The notes beneath the pieces were generated by a model. The model searched no databases. It saw only the letters and a list, made by a program, of their open reading frames with translations, and was not told the DNA's origin. A stretch of DNA of 64,000 nt, from NCBI RefSeq assembly GCF_018350175.1, contig NC_058368.1, forward strand, positions 180,174,001 to 180,238,000, given 5' to 3'. Positions within the stretch are counted from its first letter, which is position 1; each line of letters starts with the position of its first letter. Made by a program: the position numbers and the translations under genes. This document shows, one piece after another, positions 35,880-50,162 of this stretch. The stretch is from Felis catus (taxonomy: Eukaryota).

Positions 35880-37811
35880 TGCCCCTGGCCCCAGCCAGAC
35901 AATTGCAACTTCACGACACACTCTGAGCAAGAATGGCTAAATTAGCACCTTCAAGCCTGAGGACCATGAGCTGTAAAAATGATTGTTGTTTTCAGCAACT
36001 ATGTTTTGGGATGTTTATTATCCAGCAGGTACCAGAAACAGATTTTGGTATAGAAAGTGGGTTGCTGCTACAACAAAAACTTAAAAGTGTCTCAAATTAT
36101 AATTCTGCTCCCAGTTCCAAAGTCTGAAGACCAAATATATATTTCTTACTAAATATCACAATATCATAATTACCCTTGTGTTTGACCAGCAGACAGAACT
36201 AGAAGGGCCTTGGAGAGCATGTTAGTGAAAGTCTAAAGGGTCTTGATGATGACTTAAAGGAAAGTGAGGAAAATGCTACTGAAAGCTGGAGGAAAGGGGA
36301 CACTTGTAGCTGGTGGAAGGTTTGGTGACACTGTCATCTGCTGTAATGTGGAAAAGAAGGAATTGTTCCATAATGAATATGATCATCTGGCCAACCTGAT
36401 TATAGTACAATGCAAAGGAGAGAGAGCATCTAAAAGAAGAAACTTTTTTGGTTTGAGCAAAATTTAGATGGTACGTAAAAAGTGCCAGGGTTTTCTGAGT
36501 TTGAAAATAAAACAACTTCTCATGCCCAACCTCTCCAGAGGGCAAACTTCTCAAATTGAAATGACTTTCAGCAAAGGGTGGGTACAGCATCTTTTGTTAG
36601 GCACTCAGAAAGGTTTCAGAAGGTACTTCATAGACCAATTCAAACAGACAAAATCCTTCTAAAAAACTTTAGACTGTGCCTGGCTGTCTTAATTAAACAA
36701 CAGGATTTCCTAAAAAGGCCCCCAAAATAGAAAGGACTTATGTAAGCCAAAGGGATTTGTGGTCATGGCTTTTTCCCCAATGGAAGGAACTCCAGGAAGA
36801 ATCATTTAAAAACTCAACATTTTTTTAGAATGAGGTTGAACTAAAAAGGAGGAGATAGTGTAAGGTGGAAAAAAAGGACTTTGGATTCCAGAACTTCTAC
36901 GGGCAGGAAGCAGGTTCAGAAACTACTCCAGGCAAACACAGTTTATGTTCCATGGAAAAGGAAGGTTAAATTCAGAAGGTAGAATCAAGAGCATGGGAGG
37001 AAGAGCTGCAGAGATCACTACAGAGAATTGGTCCTAACCAAGGAAACTATAATGCTTGCTACAGTTTTCCGATGCCGATTCCAATATTGTACATTGGGTG
37101 GTGAAGATGAATAACCTGTCTTTTTTAGTTCGCAGATACTCAAATCATTCTTGAAAAGCTGTAACTAAGGATCAACACTCAAGGTACCTCATCTACACCT
37201 GGAAGTAATAGAGAAGATGAGATTCTGGACTTCATGTCTGTCCATGATGCCATTAACTGTTTGGGAGAGTCTTGGGATGGCCCAACTGCCTTTTGAGTGA
37301 AGGAGGAACATAATTTGTGATCAGAGGCAGACTGTGATAGTTTGAAAATCTGACCTTGCAACTTTTTGACATTCCTACTATGGAAGAATGGTCTCTTTCT
37401 CTCAATAACTGCTTGATCAACAGAAAACAGGAGAAGTGGTACTGTGCCAGTTTCTCGCCCAGCCTTAAGAAATGAGCAGCTTCTATTTCCTCTTTCTTGA
37501 AATTCTTGCTTTTGGATCCCACCCATCATGCTGTAAGGAGTCCAGGCCACAGGGAGAGGCCACGGGATTGTGTTCCAGCAGACAGCCCCACTAAGGTCCC
37601 AGTCTATAGCCACACAGAAGTAAGAAAGCCTTAAGAAGATTCCAGCCCCAGCCAATAACCAACTGTAACCGCATAGAAGACAGTGAGTGAGATAGTATTA
37701 GCTAAACCCAGGCAGACCTCAGAACCATGAGAGATAATTAAATTATTGCTGTTTCTTTAAAGTCACTAAGCTTTGGAGTGATTTTTTACACAGCAATAGA
37801 TAACCAGGACA
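35880..37811 (+). mobile_element. MLT1-type MaLR element: partial 5' LTR, internal region, 3' LTR
   Basis: LTR end ...ccagaaaca (36040) followed by gattttggta, the MaLR internal start. Internal end cataatttgtgatcagaggcagac, then an LTR from tgtgatag (37333) to gcaatagataaccaggaca (37811). Confidence 0.75.
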
Positions 37812-38092
37812 AATATTTGCTGTAGTTACTTTATGTAATCTTAAATTGCTTGAATTAAAACAATAACCTTAATATATATATATAAAACCTTAATAATAAT
37901 AAAGAACCACTAACATATAAAATGAATTAAAAGTTACTATTAAAATATTACTATTAAAATGACACAAGGCTTTGGGATCAAAGAGAACTAGGTACAAATC
38001 CTGGTCAGCATCCTATTAGTTGTATGACATTTGATAAGTTACTTAGCCTCTCTGATTGACAGTTTCTTTCTCTTTAAAATGGAGTAAAGTGG

Positions 38093-38645
38093 AGGGTACC
38101 TGGGTGGCTCAGTCGGTTAAGCATCCAACTCTTGATTTTGGATCAGGTCATGATGAACTGTGCCACAGGCTCATGCACTATGAGACTGAGCCCCAGGTCA
38201 GGCTCTGTGCTGACAGAAGGAGCCTGCTTGGGATTCTCTCCCTCTCCCCTTATGTCTGCCCCTCCCCCACTTTATGTGGGTGTGTTCTTTCTCTCAAAAT
38301 ATATAAATAAACATTAAAAAAAAATTTTTTTAATGGAGTTAAGGGACACCTGGCTGGCTTAGTTGATGGAACATGCAACTCTTGATGTCGAGGTTTAAGT
38401 TCGAGCCCCATGTTAGGTATAGAGATTATTTAAAAATAAAATCTTTTAGGGACACCTGGGTGGCTCAATTAGTTAAGCATCTAACTCTTGGTTTTGGCTC
38501 GGGTCATGATCTCATGGTTTGTGAGTTAAAGCCCCATGTCACACTGTGGGTTGACAGTAAGGAGCCTGCTTGGGATTCTTTCTCTCACTTTCTCTCTCTC
38601 TGCCCCTCCCCCACTCACACTCTTTCTCTCTTAAATGAAAAAACA
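38093..38645 (+). mobile_element. Cluster of three Can-SINEs (heads at about 38093, 38343, 38449)
   Basis: Three successive SINE heads with nested TSDs (see findings). Confidence 0.9.
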
Positions 38646-38678
38646 TAAAATCTTTTTTAAAAAAACCCACACATTTAA

Positions 38679-41600
38679 TGTGTCAATACAACCTTCCTGA
38701 AAAAGGAAGAAAGGTCTCAGATACACAACCTTACCTTACACCTTAAAGAGCTGGCAAAAGAACAGCAAATAAAACCCCAAACCAGCAGAAGACAGGAAAT
38801 AATAAAGATTGGAGTGGAAATCAATGCTATCAAAGTAAAAAAAAACAAAACAAAAAAACAAAAAAACAAAAAAACAAATCAATGAAACTAGGAGCTGGTT
38901 CTTTGAAAGAATTAACAAAATTGATAAACCCCTAGCTGGTTTGATCAAAAAGAAAAAGACCCACATAAATAAAATAATAAATGAACGAGGAGAGGTCGCA
39001 AACAACACTGCAGAAATAAAAACACTAAGAGAATATTATGAGCAATTATATGGTAATAAATTGGGAAATTTGGAAAAAATGGACAAATTCATAGAAACAT
39101 ATAAACTACCAAAACTGAAACAGGAAGATATAGAAAATTTGAACAGACCCATAACCAGTAAAGACATTGAATTAGTAATCAAAAACCTCCCAAAAAACAA
39201 GAGTTCAGGGTCAGATGACTTTCCAGGGGAATTCTACCAAACATTCAAAGAAGAGTTAACTCCAATTCTGTTAAAGCTGTTCCAAAAATAGAAATAGAAG
39301 AAAATTTCCAAACCCATTCTATGAGAATTACCTTGATCCCAAAACCACACAAAGACCCCACTAAAAAAAATAGAACTATAGACCAATTTCCCTCATGAAG
39401 ATGGATACAAGAATTGTCAACAAGATACTAGCCAACGGGATCCAATGATGCATTAAAAGAAATAACAGGGGCACTAGGGTAGCTCAGTTGGTTAAGTGTC
39501 TGACTTTGGCTTACATCACGATTTTGCAGTTTGTGAGTTTGAGCCCTGCATTGGGCTCTGTGCTGACAGCCCAGAGCCTGGAGCCTGCTTCAGATTCTGT
39601 GTCTTCTTCTCTTCTGTCTCTCCCCCACTCACTCATTTTCTCTGTCTCTCAAAAATAAATAAACGTTAAAAAAAATTGAAAAGAATTATTTACCATGATC
39701 AAGTGGGATTTATACCTGGGATGCAAGGCTGGTGCAATATCCACAAATCAATCAATGCAATATATTACATTAATAAAAGAAAGGACAAAAACCACATGAT
39801 CTTCTCAATAGATGCAGAGAAAGCACTTGACAAAATACAGCATCCTTTCTTGATAAAAGTCCTCAAGAAAGTAGGGATAGAAGGATCATACCTCAAGATC
39901 ATAAAAGCCATATACGAAAGACCCACCACTAATATCATTCTCAATGGGGAAAGCTCTCAGTTTCAGGAACATATGTAAGGCACACGACAGGGATGTTCAC
40001 TCTCGCCACTATTCAACAGCGGATTGGTAGTCCTGGCCTCAGCAATCAGACAACACAAAGGGATAAAAGTCATCCAAACTGGCAAGGAGGAGGTCAAACT
40101 TTCACTCGTCACAGATGACATGATACTATATATGGAAAACCCAAAAGATTCCACCAAAAAACCTCTTAGAACTTATTCATGAATTCAGCAAAGTCGCAGA
40201 ATACAAAATCAATTCACAGATATTGGTTGCATCTCTATACACCAAAAATGAAGCAGCAGAAAGGGAAATCAAGGAATCGATCCCATTTATAATTGCACCA
40301 AAACCCATAAAATACCTCGGAATAAACCTAATCAAAGAGGTGAAAAACCTATATACTGAAAATTATAGAAAGCTTATGAAAGAAACTGAAGAAGACACAC
40401 AAAAAAATGGAAAAATATTCCATGCTCATGGATTGGAAGAATAAATACTGTTAAAGTGTCAATACTACCCAAAGCAATCTACATATTCAATGCAATCCCT
40501 ATCAAAATTACACCAGCATTCTTCACAGAGCTAGAACAAACAATCTTAAAATTTGTATGGAACCAGTAAAGACCCTGAATAGCCAAAGCAATCCAGAAAA
40601 AGAAAACCAAAGCAGGAGGTATCACAATCCTGGACTTCAAGCTGTATCACAAAGCTATAATCATCAAGACAGCATGGTACTGGCATAAACACAGACACTT
40701 AGATCAATGGAACAGAATAGAGAACCCAGAAATGGACTCACAAACGTATGGCCTAGTAATCTTTGACAAAGAAGGAAAGAATATCCAATGGAATAAAGAC
40801 AATCTCTTCAGTGAATGGTGTTGGAAAAACTGGACAGCAACATGCAGAAGAATGAACCTGGACCACTTTCTTACACCATACACAAAAATAAACTCAAAAT
40901 GGATGAAAGACCTAAACATAAGACAGGAAACCATCAAAACCCTAGAGGAGTAAGCAGGCAAAAACCTCTTACTCAGGCAGAAACTTCTTACTCAACACGT
41001 CTCCAGAGGCAAGGGAAACAAAAGCAAAAATGAACTACTGAGACCTCATCAAGATAAAAATCTTCTGCATGGTGAAGGAAACAATCAGCAAAACTAAAAG
41101 GCAACCAATGGAATGGGAGACAATATTTGCAAATGACATATCAGATAAAGGGCTAGTATCCAAAATCTACAAAGAACTTATCAAACTTAACACCCAAAAA
41201 ACAAACAACCCAGTGAAGAAATGGGCAAAAGACATGAAAAGACACTTTTCCAAAGAACACATCCAGATGGCTAACAGACACATGAAAAAATGCTCAACAT
41301 GACCCATCATCAGGTACATACAAATCAAAGCCACAATGAGATACCACCTCACACCTGTCAGAATAGCTCAAATTAACAGCTCAGACAATGACAGATGCTG
41401 GTGAGGATGCAGAGAAAGAGGATCTCTTTTGCATTGTTGGTGGAATGCAAACCGGTGCAACCACTCTGGAAAACAGTATGGAGGTTCCTCAAAAAATTAA
41501 AAATAGAACTACCATATGACCCAGGAATTGCACTACTATGTATTTATCCAAAAGATACAGGTGTGCTATTTTAAAGGGACACATGCACCCCAATGCTAAA

Positions 41601-41679
41601 GCAGTGCTATCAACAATACCCAAAGTATGGAAAGAGCCCAAATGTCCATTGATGGATGAATGGGTAAAGAAGATGCGGT

Positions 41680-41726
<47 letters not shown>

Positions 41727-42141
41727 ACGGAATAATACTTGGTGATGAAAAAGAATGAAATCTTGCCATTTGTAACAACGTGGATGGAACCAGAGTGTAT
41801 TATGTTAAGCAAAATTAGTCAGAGAAAGACAAATACCATATGACTTCACTCACATGTGGAATTTAAGATACAAAACAGACGAACAGATGGGAAGAGAAGC
41901 AAAAATAATATAAAAACAGGGAGGGGGACAAACCATAAAAGAATCTTAAATATAGAGAACTGAGGGTTACTGGAGGAGGTGTGGGTGGAGGGATGAGCTA
42001 AATTGGCAAGGGCATTAGGGGGACACTTGTTGGGATGAGCACTGGATGTTATATGTATGGGAGGAATCACTGGATTCTACTCCTGAAATCATTATTGCAC
42101 TATATGCTAACTAACTTGGATATAAATTTTAAAAAATGAAA

Positions 42142-42172
<31 letters not shown>

Positions 42173-42173
42173 C
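38679..42173 (+). mobile_element. 5'-truncated carnivore L1 (ORF2 pseudogene + 3' UTR)
   Basis: ORF2 peptides [33 protein letters not shown] and [17 protein letters not shown] motif FADD degenerated to VTDD near 40108. A-rich tail; TSD cccacacatttaa at 38666-38678 and 42174-42186. Confidence 0.96.
39468..39677 (+). mobile_element. Can-SINE inserted in L1 ORF2
   Basis: Interrupts the L1 ORF2 sequence just before IIYHDQVGF. Confidence 0.92.
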
Positions 42174-44407
42174 CCCACACATTTAAAAATTAATTAACTA
42201 ATTAATCAAATGGAGTTAATTGAGAACATCTGTTGTATAAGATTGTTGTGAGGTTTAAAATCAGAGCATAAATGTAAATCCTTAGCCCAGTACCTGGTAC
42301 ATAGTAGCTATTCCATAAACATTTCTCATCATTGTTACTTGATATTGGTTGAGCCAGTGTTGGCTAGCAAAGCCTCTGGTAATGAATAGGTCTTTTCTCA
42401 CGTGGGAGCATTGACAATTCTATTAAGCAGGCTGGCCAAGTACCTACCAGCTTGCCTTGTGCCACGGGCTCTGTGGCTGGATGACTGTGGAAGCAGACAT
42501 TCCAAACAGGGCTTAAGCATTTATGTGGTTCCAGATGAAAATGGCTCCAGTTCAGTTGCTACTGAAAACCAACTCACCTTCTAGCCTTAAGCATCAATGT
42601 AAACAGATGAGAAGTGAACAAGATAAAAGGACAGACATCCACAGCATGGACATGATCAGCCTTGTGCTTAAGGACTCAGCTTCTGTAGAGTAAATGGAGA
42701 AGTTAAGCTGCTTTTCTGTTAGCTAGTCAATTAAACTAATTGGATATTAATTAAAAATTGACTTTGACAAAGATCTGTTTATGCTATAAAACATCCAAAG
42801 CAAGAGTTGGTAAGGCTCACGACATAAGGAAACTTGTGGTCTAATGAATGATGTTAATTCAATCAATCTTAACACTTATTTATTCATTCCCACTGCTGGA
42901 ATCTTTGCCTGAGCCCCACCTAAGCCACCACCTTATCTTTACCAGGCCTGAGTAAACTTTCTAAAACCTAGTTCTAATCCTGACACTCCCCTGCTTTTAA
43001 ATCTTTGATGGGTCTCTGTTGTGCTTTGGATTAAGTCCAAACTCTTTAACGTGGTTTCCAAGAAACTTTATAATCCGGTTTAAAACCCTCCAATGGTTTT
43101 GCATTGCTTTAAGACTGGAATCCAAACCCTTCTCTGTGTTCTACTAGACCTGCATGAACTGGATTCTCTCTCACCTCACCTCCTTTACTCAACTCCCAGA
43201 CACTAGTCATCTTGTTTCACCAATGTGCCTCAGAGCCTTTGCACGTGCTCTTCTCTCTGCCTGGAACACTCATCCTTCAGTTCTTTGCTTGACTGGCTCC
43301 TTCTCAAACTTAAATGGAAGTCAACCATTCCCTAATCAACCAATCTTTTACACATTAAAGAGTTAGTTGACTTTCTCATAGCATGTATTGTAAACTGGAA
43401 TTATCTCACTTCCTTATCTGCAGGCCCCTTGAAAGCAGGAATCCTATCAGCCAAGCTCACTGCAATAGCCTCAGCTTGTAGAATAGTTCCTAGAATCTAG
43501 TATGTGCTTAAAGTGTTGTTGGTCAAGAATAAATCTCCATTTTCCAGATTTGGAATCTAAAGCTCAGATAACTTAGAGGAATTGCTTAAGTAGTACAGCC
43601 AAGTCTGACCGACTTCAAAGTCCATGCTCTAGGCCTGTGAACTACTTGTTACTAGTCCAAGCCTAAGATAGTGACAAACTGGGCCAACATGTAAAACAGT
43701 GAAATGCCACCTTCATGGAGTATATCTTGCTAGGAAAAGATTATCAACTGAACTAAAAACAGTGTGTCAGTCAGTGAGGCAATTGATGTACATTTTGCTG
43801 CAAGCTCCCTACCCCACTGGGAGCTAATCCCAGGCAGGGGTCAGCACTGCCCTGCGGGCCACAGTTTGAATGGCATCTAGTCTGGCCACCACATTACACT
43901 CTTCACTCTTCCTTATCCCTCATGCAGTGACTTCGTGTGAAGCACACGGTTTGTTCCTGACTCCTTTATCCTCCTATCTGCGGGCTTGTGCACAGGAAGG
44001 GTCTGATAATTTGTCTTGTAGATACAGAGAATAGTGAAAAGGTGGGTGGGGTTTTCTTAATCCTGCTTTTCAAAGTAAGTAAAAAAATAATTTTTTGTGG
44101 ATTATTCCCAGTTTTGGAATGTTCATAAGGTTCTAAGTTCCCACAAGCTAGCTATTCTTGACGGGTAGTTGGTTAAACTCTGTCAGAGCCCTGATTTTCA
44201 AAATACAACTATGCAAACTATTCTTATCATACACACTGGCCTCATAGCCTAAGGCAGTGACAGCCTTAAAAATCCTATGATGAAGGGCCTGTCCTTATGT
44301 GCTCTTAGTGTCTTGTTTCATTGGTACAGAGCTTGCTAACCAGAGTCTGCCCCCATTCTCCATCAGTATGGGCTTTCTACCATGCTAATCTCACCAAATA
44401 ACACCCC

Positions 44408-44409
<2 letters not shown>

Positions 44410-44462
<53 letters not shown>
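44410..44462. repeat. (CA)n microsatellite
   Basis: Read directly. Other (CA)n tracts at about 9849-9884 and 41682-41722. Confidence 0.95.
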
Positions 44463-44464
<2 letters not shown>

Positions 44465-46252
44465 TACCCCATGCCAACATAGCATGCCAGTAGGGAAGGC
44501 TTTTACATTCATTCAAATAGTCAGTGAGAGCTTTCTATGGGCCAGTAACTGTGTTAAGAGTTGAGGATTAAAGACCAGAGTCCTTGCCTTCTAGGAGCTT
44601 TCTAAGCTGAATGAGGACATCAGACTAAATGTGACATAAATAGTCTCATGATGAATGCTATGAACAAAGTACTCACATTTTACAAGGTCAACAGACACCC
44701 TTAATGTAGTCAGCTTGAGTGCACTAGTAAGAGAAGAAGGGACATTTACACTGAGGCTCAAATATCAGCATGAATGCTTTGTTTCTCTAATAGTTCCCAG
44801 TAAGGCCACACTTTTGCTCCCATATGATAGGTACTATGTTAAGCACTTCAGATGCAGGAAGTCATTTCATCTTTACAAAGGCATGGGAGCCTTTTTTATC
44901 CTCATTTTATAGATGAGGAGACCAAGACATAAAGAAGTAAAATTACCACTCCAAAGTTGCACAACCAACCAAAGATCAAAACCTAATTCTGCCTAATTGT
45001 GATGCCTAGCTTTTACCATTAAACTCTACTCTAACCTGGTCAAAGCCTTGATAAATACAGTCTTACAGGTGTCCTAGGCCCAGGAAGAAGCCCAGCTGTA
45101 ATTAGAGGTGCCCTTGATTAAACACAATGTTAGGAAGTACAGGATGGCTCCCAGGTCATACTCTCTTCAGTATTAACCCCATAAAGGACAATGATTCACT
45201 CCTGCTAAACTGCCTTCGTTGCCAATACTTACTGGTTCTTAGAAGTTTCTAGAAGGCTGAGAGTTTCCAGGTTGCATTTGAAGGTCTTGGACCCAAACTC
45301 ATCCAATTTATTTATTTGTGAGCCACTATTCTGGGTTAGCCCCCATGCTAAGCTTGGGGATACCAAAAAGAATAAGTCACGGTCCTAGCCTTGAAAGAGT
45401 TCATTTGGTAAGTAAAGGCATCATTATATTACTATGCAAAGAATGGCAAGGAGAAGCTTGTGCTGGGACCAGAAGTAGCATGAAGGAAAAGAAGTCTTTC
45501 CAGAGGAGGTGGGGATTTCTGGGCTGGGTTTTAAAGTATGAATAGGTGCTCAATGAGAACTCAAGAAGAGAGTCTTCCACATGCAAAAGGGGTGACACCA
45601 TCAGGCAGTACAATGTACTCCGTTTGCTAGAAGCAGCTTTTATCTTATCAAAGCATACATAATGAGGGTGCACAAATACAAGGGAAGCAGCTAAATAAGT
45701 TTACACCAGCCAGTCATATGTGTCTTATATCTCAGGCTAAGGGGCTGGATTTCATCCTGAAGACAACACTGGGGAAGAGCCATGGTTCTAAGCCCTGGAA
45801 ATGATACGGTCCAGTTCGCTTTTGAGAAAACTCACTCTGGCATCAGTAAGGAAGGTAGACGGAAAAAAGCCAGTCAAGAGGCAGGAAGAGCCTTTAAGAG
45901 TAGACATGGGAGATGTGGAGGCTGGTACTCAGATGAGAGTGGTGAGGTTGGATAGAAGTAACAAACATGAAGACAGCAGCGAGAGGACTTAGTGACTGGT
46001 CAGATGTGGGCTGGGAAGGGGCGAGAAGAGTCCAGGATGACTCCCAGATTTCTGTGTTGGCAAATGGGTGGATGCTGGCACCACCAGCTGAGACAGGGCC
46101 TTTAGGAAAGTGAGAAGGCAGGAGAAGAGGGGGAGGAGGATGATGAGATCATATCTGGACTTGTTAGGTTAAAGTGCCAGGAAGCAGGGCTCAATGGTCC
46201 GAGTGGAGCTCCAGAGGATCTTCCCTGTCCCCACAAGGAATGTCCAAGGGAT

Positions 46253-46476
46253 GGGGCGCCTGGGTGGCGCAGTCAGTTAAGTGTCCGACTTCAGCCAGGT
46301 CATGATCTTGCGGTCCGTGAGTTTGAGCCCCGCGTCAGGGTCTGGGCTGCTGGCTCAGAGCCTGGAGCCTATTTCCGATTCTGTGTCTCCCTCTCTCTCT
46401 GCCCCTCCCCCGTTCATGCTCTGTCTCTCTCTGTCCCAAAAATAAATAAACGTTGAAAAAAAAATTAAAAAAAAAA
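46253..46476 (+). mobile_element. Young feline Can-SINE
   Basis: Perfect TSD aaggaatgtccaaggga at 46235-46251 and 46477-46493. Confidence 0.95.
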
Positions 46477-46935
46477 AAGGAATGTCCAAGGGAACCATCC
46501 CCGGGCAGGGCAGAGGTATGTGACACCCCAGCTGGGAGGTTCTATGATACAAACCACCAAGTGTTCAAACATGCTGACCACTATGACAAAACATGGACTG
46601 CATCCCCAATTTCAGGAGAGGAAGGTCCTGGAGGACCAACAAGGCCAAGGCAGAACCCTTGACTTCCCACTTACTTATTCCCCATGCTCCTTGGCAAGTG
46701 ACACTACCACACCCTAAAACCTGTCCTCTTACCTCCCTTTCCTTCCCCTAATCCACTTCGCTAGCTCTCTATCTCAAACAGCCCTATCACTCCTGATCTC
46801 TGTCCTGCTTTATCTTCATAACATTTATACTTTCTAAAATATTATGGTTAACCAATGAGACAAGAGTCTACTTGTTTACTATCTAGGTCCCTCTGAAATG
46901 TAGACTCCAGGAGGGCAGGACTTTGTCCTGTTCTT

Positions 46936-47170
46936 TTTTTTTTTTTTTTTTTTAATTTTTTTTTTCAACATTTTATTTTATTTTTGGGACAGAGAGAGAC
47001 AGAGCATGAACGGGGGAGGGGCAGAGAGAGAGGGAGACACAGAATCGGAAACAGGCTCCAGGCTCTGAGCCATCAGCCCAGAGCCTGACGCGGGGCTCGA
47101 ACTCACGGACCGTGAGATCGTGACCTGGCTGAAGTCGGACGCTTAACCGACTGCGCCACCCAGGCGCCCC
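46936..47170 (-). mobile_element. Young feline Can-SINE
   Basis: Perfect TSD gactttgtcctgttctt at 46919-46935 and 47171-47187; CpGs retained. Confidence 0.95.
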
Positions 47171-48661
47171 GACTTTGTCCTGTTCTTAACCATACCCCCA
47201 AACCTAGAATGTTAACTGGCACACTATAGGAGCTCAGTAAACAGTTGTTGAATGAAGTTCTCATCCCAGAACTTCTCTCCCTCTCTGCTGCCACCACACT
47301 GATTCAAGTTCTCACACACTTCCCAGAGTGTTCCCGGAGCCCCTTAGACATGTTGACTGCTTGCATGTGGGCCAGGAGGGCGAGGGAGGAGCCTTTCCAT
47401 TTCCAAGTCACGGAACCTCTCCAATCCATCCATTCTCCACATTGTAGCCAGAGTGGCTTTCTAAAATCACAGATCATGTCAATCTCCCACTTGAAAATTT
47501 CCAGGGGTCCTCAAGGTCCGAATGCTCACCTCTCCAACTGTACCTCCAATCACTTTACTCCACTTTACTCTTTACTGCCCATACTCTGCTCTGTTCCTCA
47601 AGCCAAACCTACCTCCAGTGCCAGTCACACCTCTGTCTTCCCCAGAAATCTGAAAGGATTCCAGTTCATACACTACCTCCTTGGAGAAGCCTTCCCTGAC
47701 CATCCAAACTAAAATAGAGCCCTCCTTCTCTGCCCTCACACATCCACCTGAGTATTTCCTTCACATCACTCACCACAGCCTATTCTTGTTCACTGATTTG
47801 TTAACTTGATTATTGTTTCTCTCTTTTTCACTTCTCTCTTCTCCTAGCATGTATTCCAGTGCCTAGAACATAGTTAAATCTCAGTTAACATTTGCTGGAT
47901 AAAATTGTGTTTCCACTATCATGATGGTGATGCTGGTGATGCTTATAGTAATGACGCCCTCCCACAGTCAGATGCTGGTTTGAATTTGTGGAGCCAAGGT
48001 CTGACTGGAGCATGTCCTTGACCATCTAATTAGAGATAGAATCCACTGTTACAAGCTTGGTCTGGGCTTTGAAGCCAAGGTGTATGTGTGTGTGTTTACT
48101 TTATGCCAGGAGACCTCATCAGCATCATTAGGTACGATCTACCACCTATCTCCGTTGACACACACTCAGCAAAAGCAAAATGAGGATGTGTCCATTCTCC
48201 TCTATTCCTCCGCAAGATAGGGTGAATTTATTGTGTGTGATAAGCTATAAATATTGAAACAGGAACATAGTCTCTTGGCCCCTTTAGATACTCTCCCCAA
48301 CTCTCACACTCACCCTGCTGGGAAGGGTTTTCAGGACATGATAGAGAAGAGAGAAAATGCAGTTAAGCAAACAGTACTGGAGGGAGGGATGGGGCTGATA
48401 GTCAATAGGGGATGCAGAAGAAAGTTTCTGGCCAAAAACCGAAGCAGGATAACCTGTCAGTTTCAATACCACTGGAAAAAAACTTAAAGGAAAATGCAGT
48501 TGAACACATCTCATAATGTTCCTGAAAAAGAGACATTTTAGTGAACCTCAAAAATCAGAGACAGAAGAAACCTCAATTGTTTCATTTTAAAGATGGGTAA
48601 TCTGAAACCTAGAGAGGAAACAGGACTTTTCCAGGACCACACTGAAATTCAGTGGCTGATC

Positions 48662-48890
48662 GGGGTGCTTGGGTGGCTCAGTTGGTTGAGCGTCCGACTT
48701 CGGCTCAGGTCATGATCTCACAGTCCGTGAGTTCGAGCCACACGTTGGGCTCTGTGCTGTTAGTTCAGAGCCTGGAGCTTGCATCAGATTCTATGTCTCC
48801 CTCTCTCTCTGCCCCTCCCCCACTAATGCTGTGTCTCTTTCTCTCTCAAAAAATGAATAAATGTTAAAAAAAATTTTTTTTAAAAAGAAG
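48662..48890 (+). mobile_element. Can-SINE
   Basis: SINE head, body and tail. Confidence 0.92.
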
Positions 48891-49899
48891 AAGAAATTCC
48901 ATGGCTGAGCTGAGACTAGAATTCTCACTGTTCAAAGTTCAGTAATTTTCTGGGACACAGCATCACCAGTGTAAGCCTAACTTAGCTAAATTGAACTAAG
49001 TCATCCACATGTACACTCATCTCTGTGGCCACAGAAACTAGCAAAAGCTTGTGTCCAAAACTCACCCAAATTCTTATGGCTTCTCATTTTAGCTCTCCTT
49101 CCTCTTGGTCCTTGGCCAGCCTATCACAAGACACACATATCACTTCCCTTCTGACTCCCAAGCTGATGCTGTCAAAAAAAAGCAGGAAATAACTGAAAGA
49201 TATATGCTGGTAGAGAACAGGGTATGTACATTTTTACAAAACCAGCGGGTGAATCATATTAGATACTGAACACTCTTTGAAGCCATGTCTGATCAGAAAT
49301 CATAATTCTCACCCAATAAAATTGTGGGCAAACAGGACCATTTAAGAATATCTACAGCTCCATATGGGATGGAATGACAAGAGGGAAAAAAAGAGGAAAA
49401 GAAGGTTAAGTCTACCACTCATGGTTCAGAGATCAGGTCAGATATCGGGGAGCTCAGAAAAATGTTTCTATAAAAAATATAAATAAAATTATATTTCTAA
49501 ACGACAAATGTGAAAACTGGGGTCAAAATAACAAAAAATAAGGAACCACAAAGTACCAATTAAACTTGAGGTCCAATCCCAAATAATTACTTTAGGCAAA
49601 CAGTGTAGATAATCTTTCTTCATCTTTACAATAAGGATAACATCAGCAATCATAGATGTAGTCATCGCTTACAGATCACTACCCATATGACAGGCAGTGA
49701 GTTAACTACTTTATATCCCTTCTTTCATCTAACCCTCATCTAATCCAACCCCAAGGAACACAGACATCATTATTTCCAATGAGACTCAGACAGATGAAGT
49801 AATTTGCCCAAATTTATTGCCAAGGTATAGGACCAAGATGTACATTCAAGTCTGCAGTTCTTAATCATTGTATTTCAAAGGGTGGTTGTGAGGATTACA

Positions 49900-50003
49900 T
49901 TTAAATTAAATTAAATTAAATTAAATTAAATTAAATTAAATTAAATTAAATTAATCTATTCTTATTTGAGAGAGAGAAAAGGCACGAGTGGGGGGGGGTG
50001 GCG

Positions 50004-50045
<42 letters not shown>

Positions 50046-50162
50046 CATAAGCAGGCTCCATAGCAAAGCGACACGAGGGCCTGATTCCAGGACCCAGGGA
50101 ACATGACCTGAGCCGAAATCAAGAGTGGGATGCTCAACCAACTGAGCCACCCAGGCGCCCCT
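49900..50162 (-). mobile_element. Can-SINE with a tail expanded into (TTAAA)n
   Basis: Reverse SINE with a pentanucleotide array at about 49901-49954. Confidence 0.9.

Noticed and set aside
38679..42173. Active L1 ORF2
   Set aside because: 5'-truncated, with multiple stops and frameshifts, a SINE insertion and a mutated FADD motif.
47245..47712. 155-aa ORF
   Set aside because: Non-ATG start, lies in L2-like degenerate repeat sequence, no protein similarity recognised.
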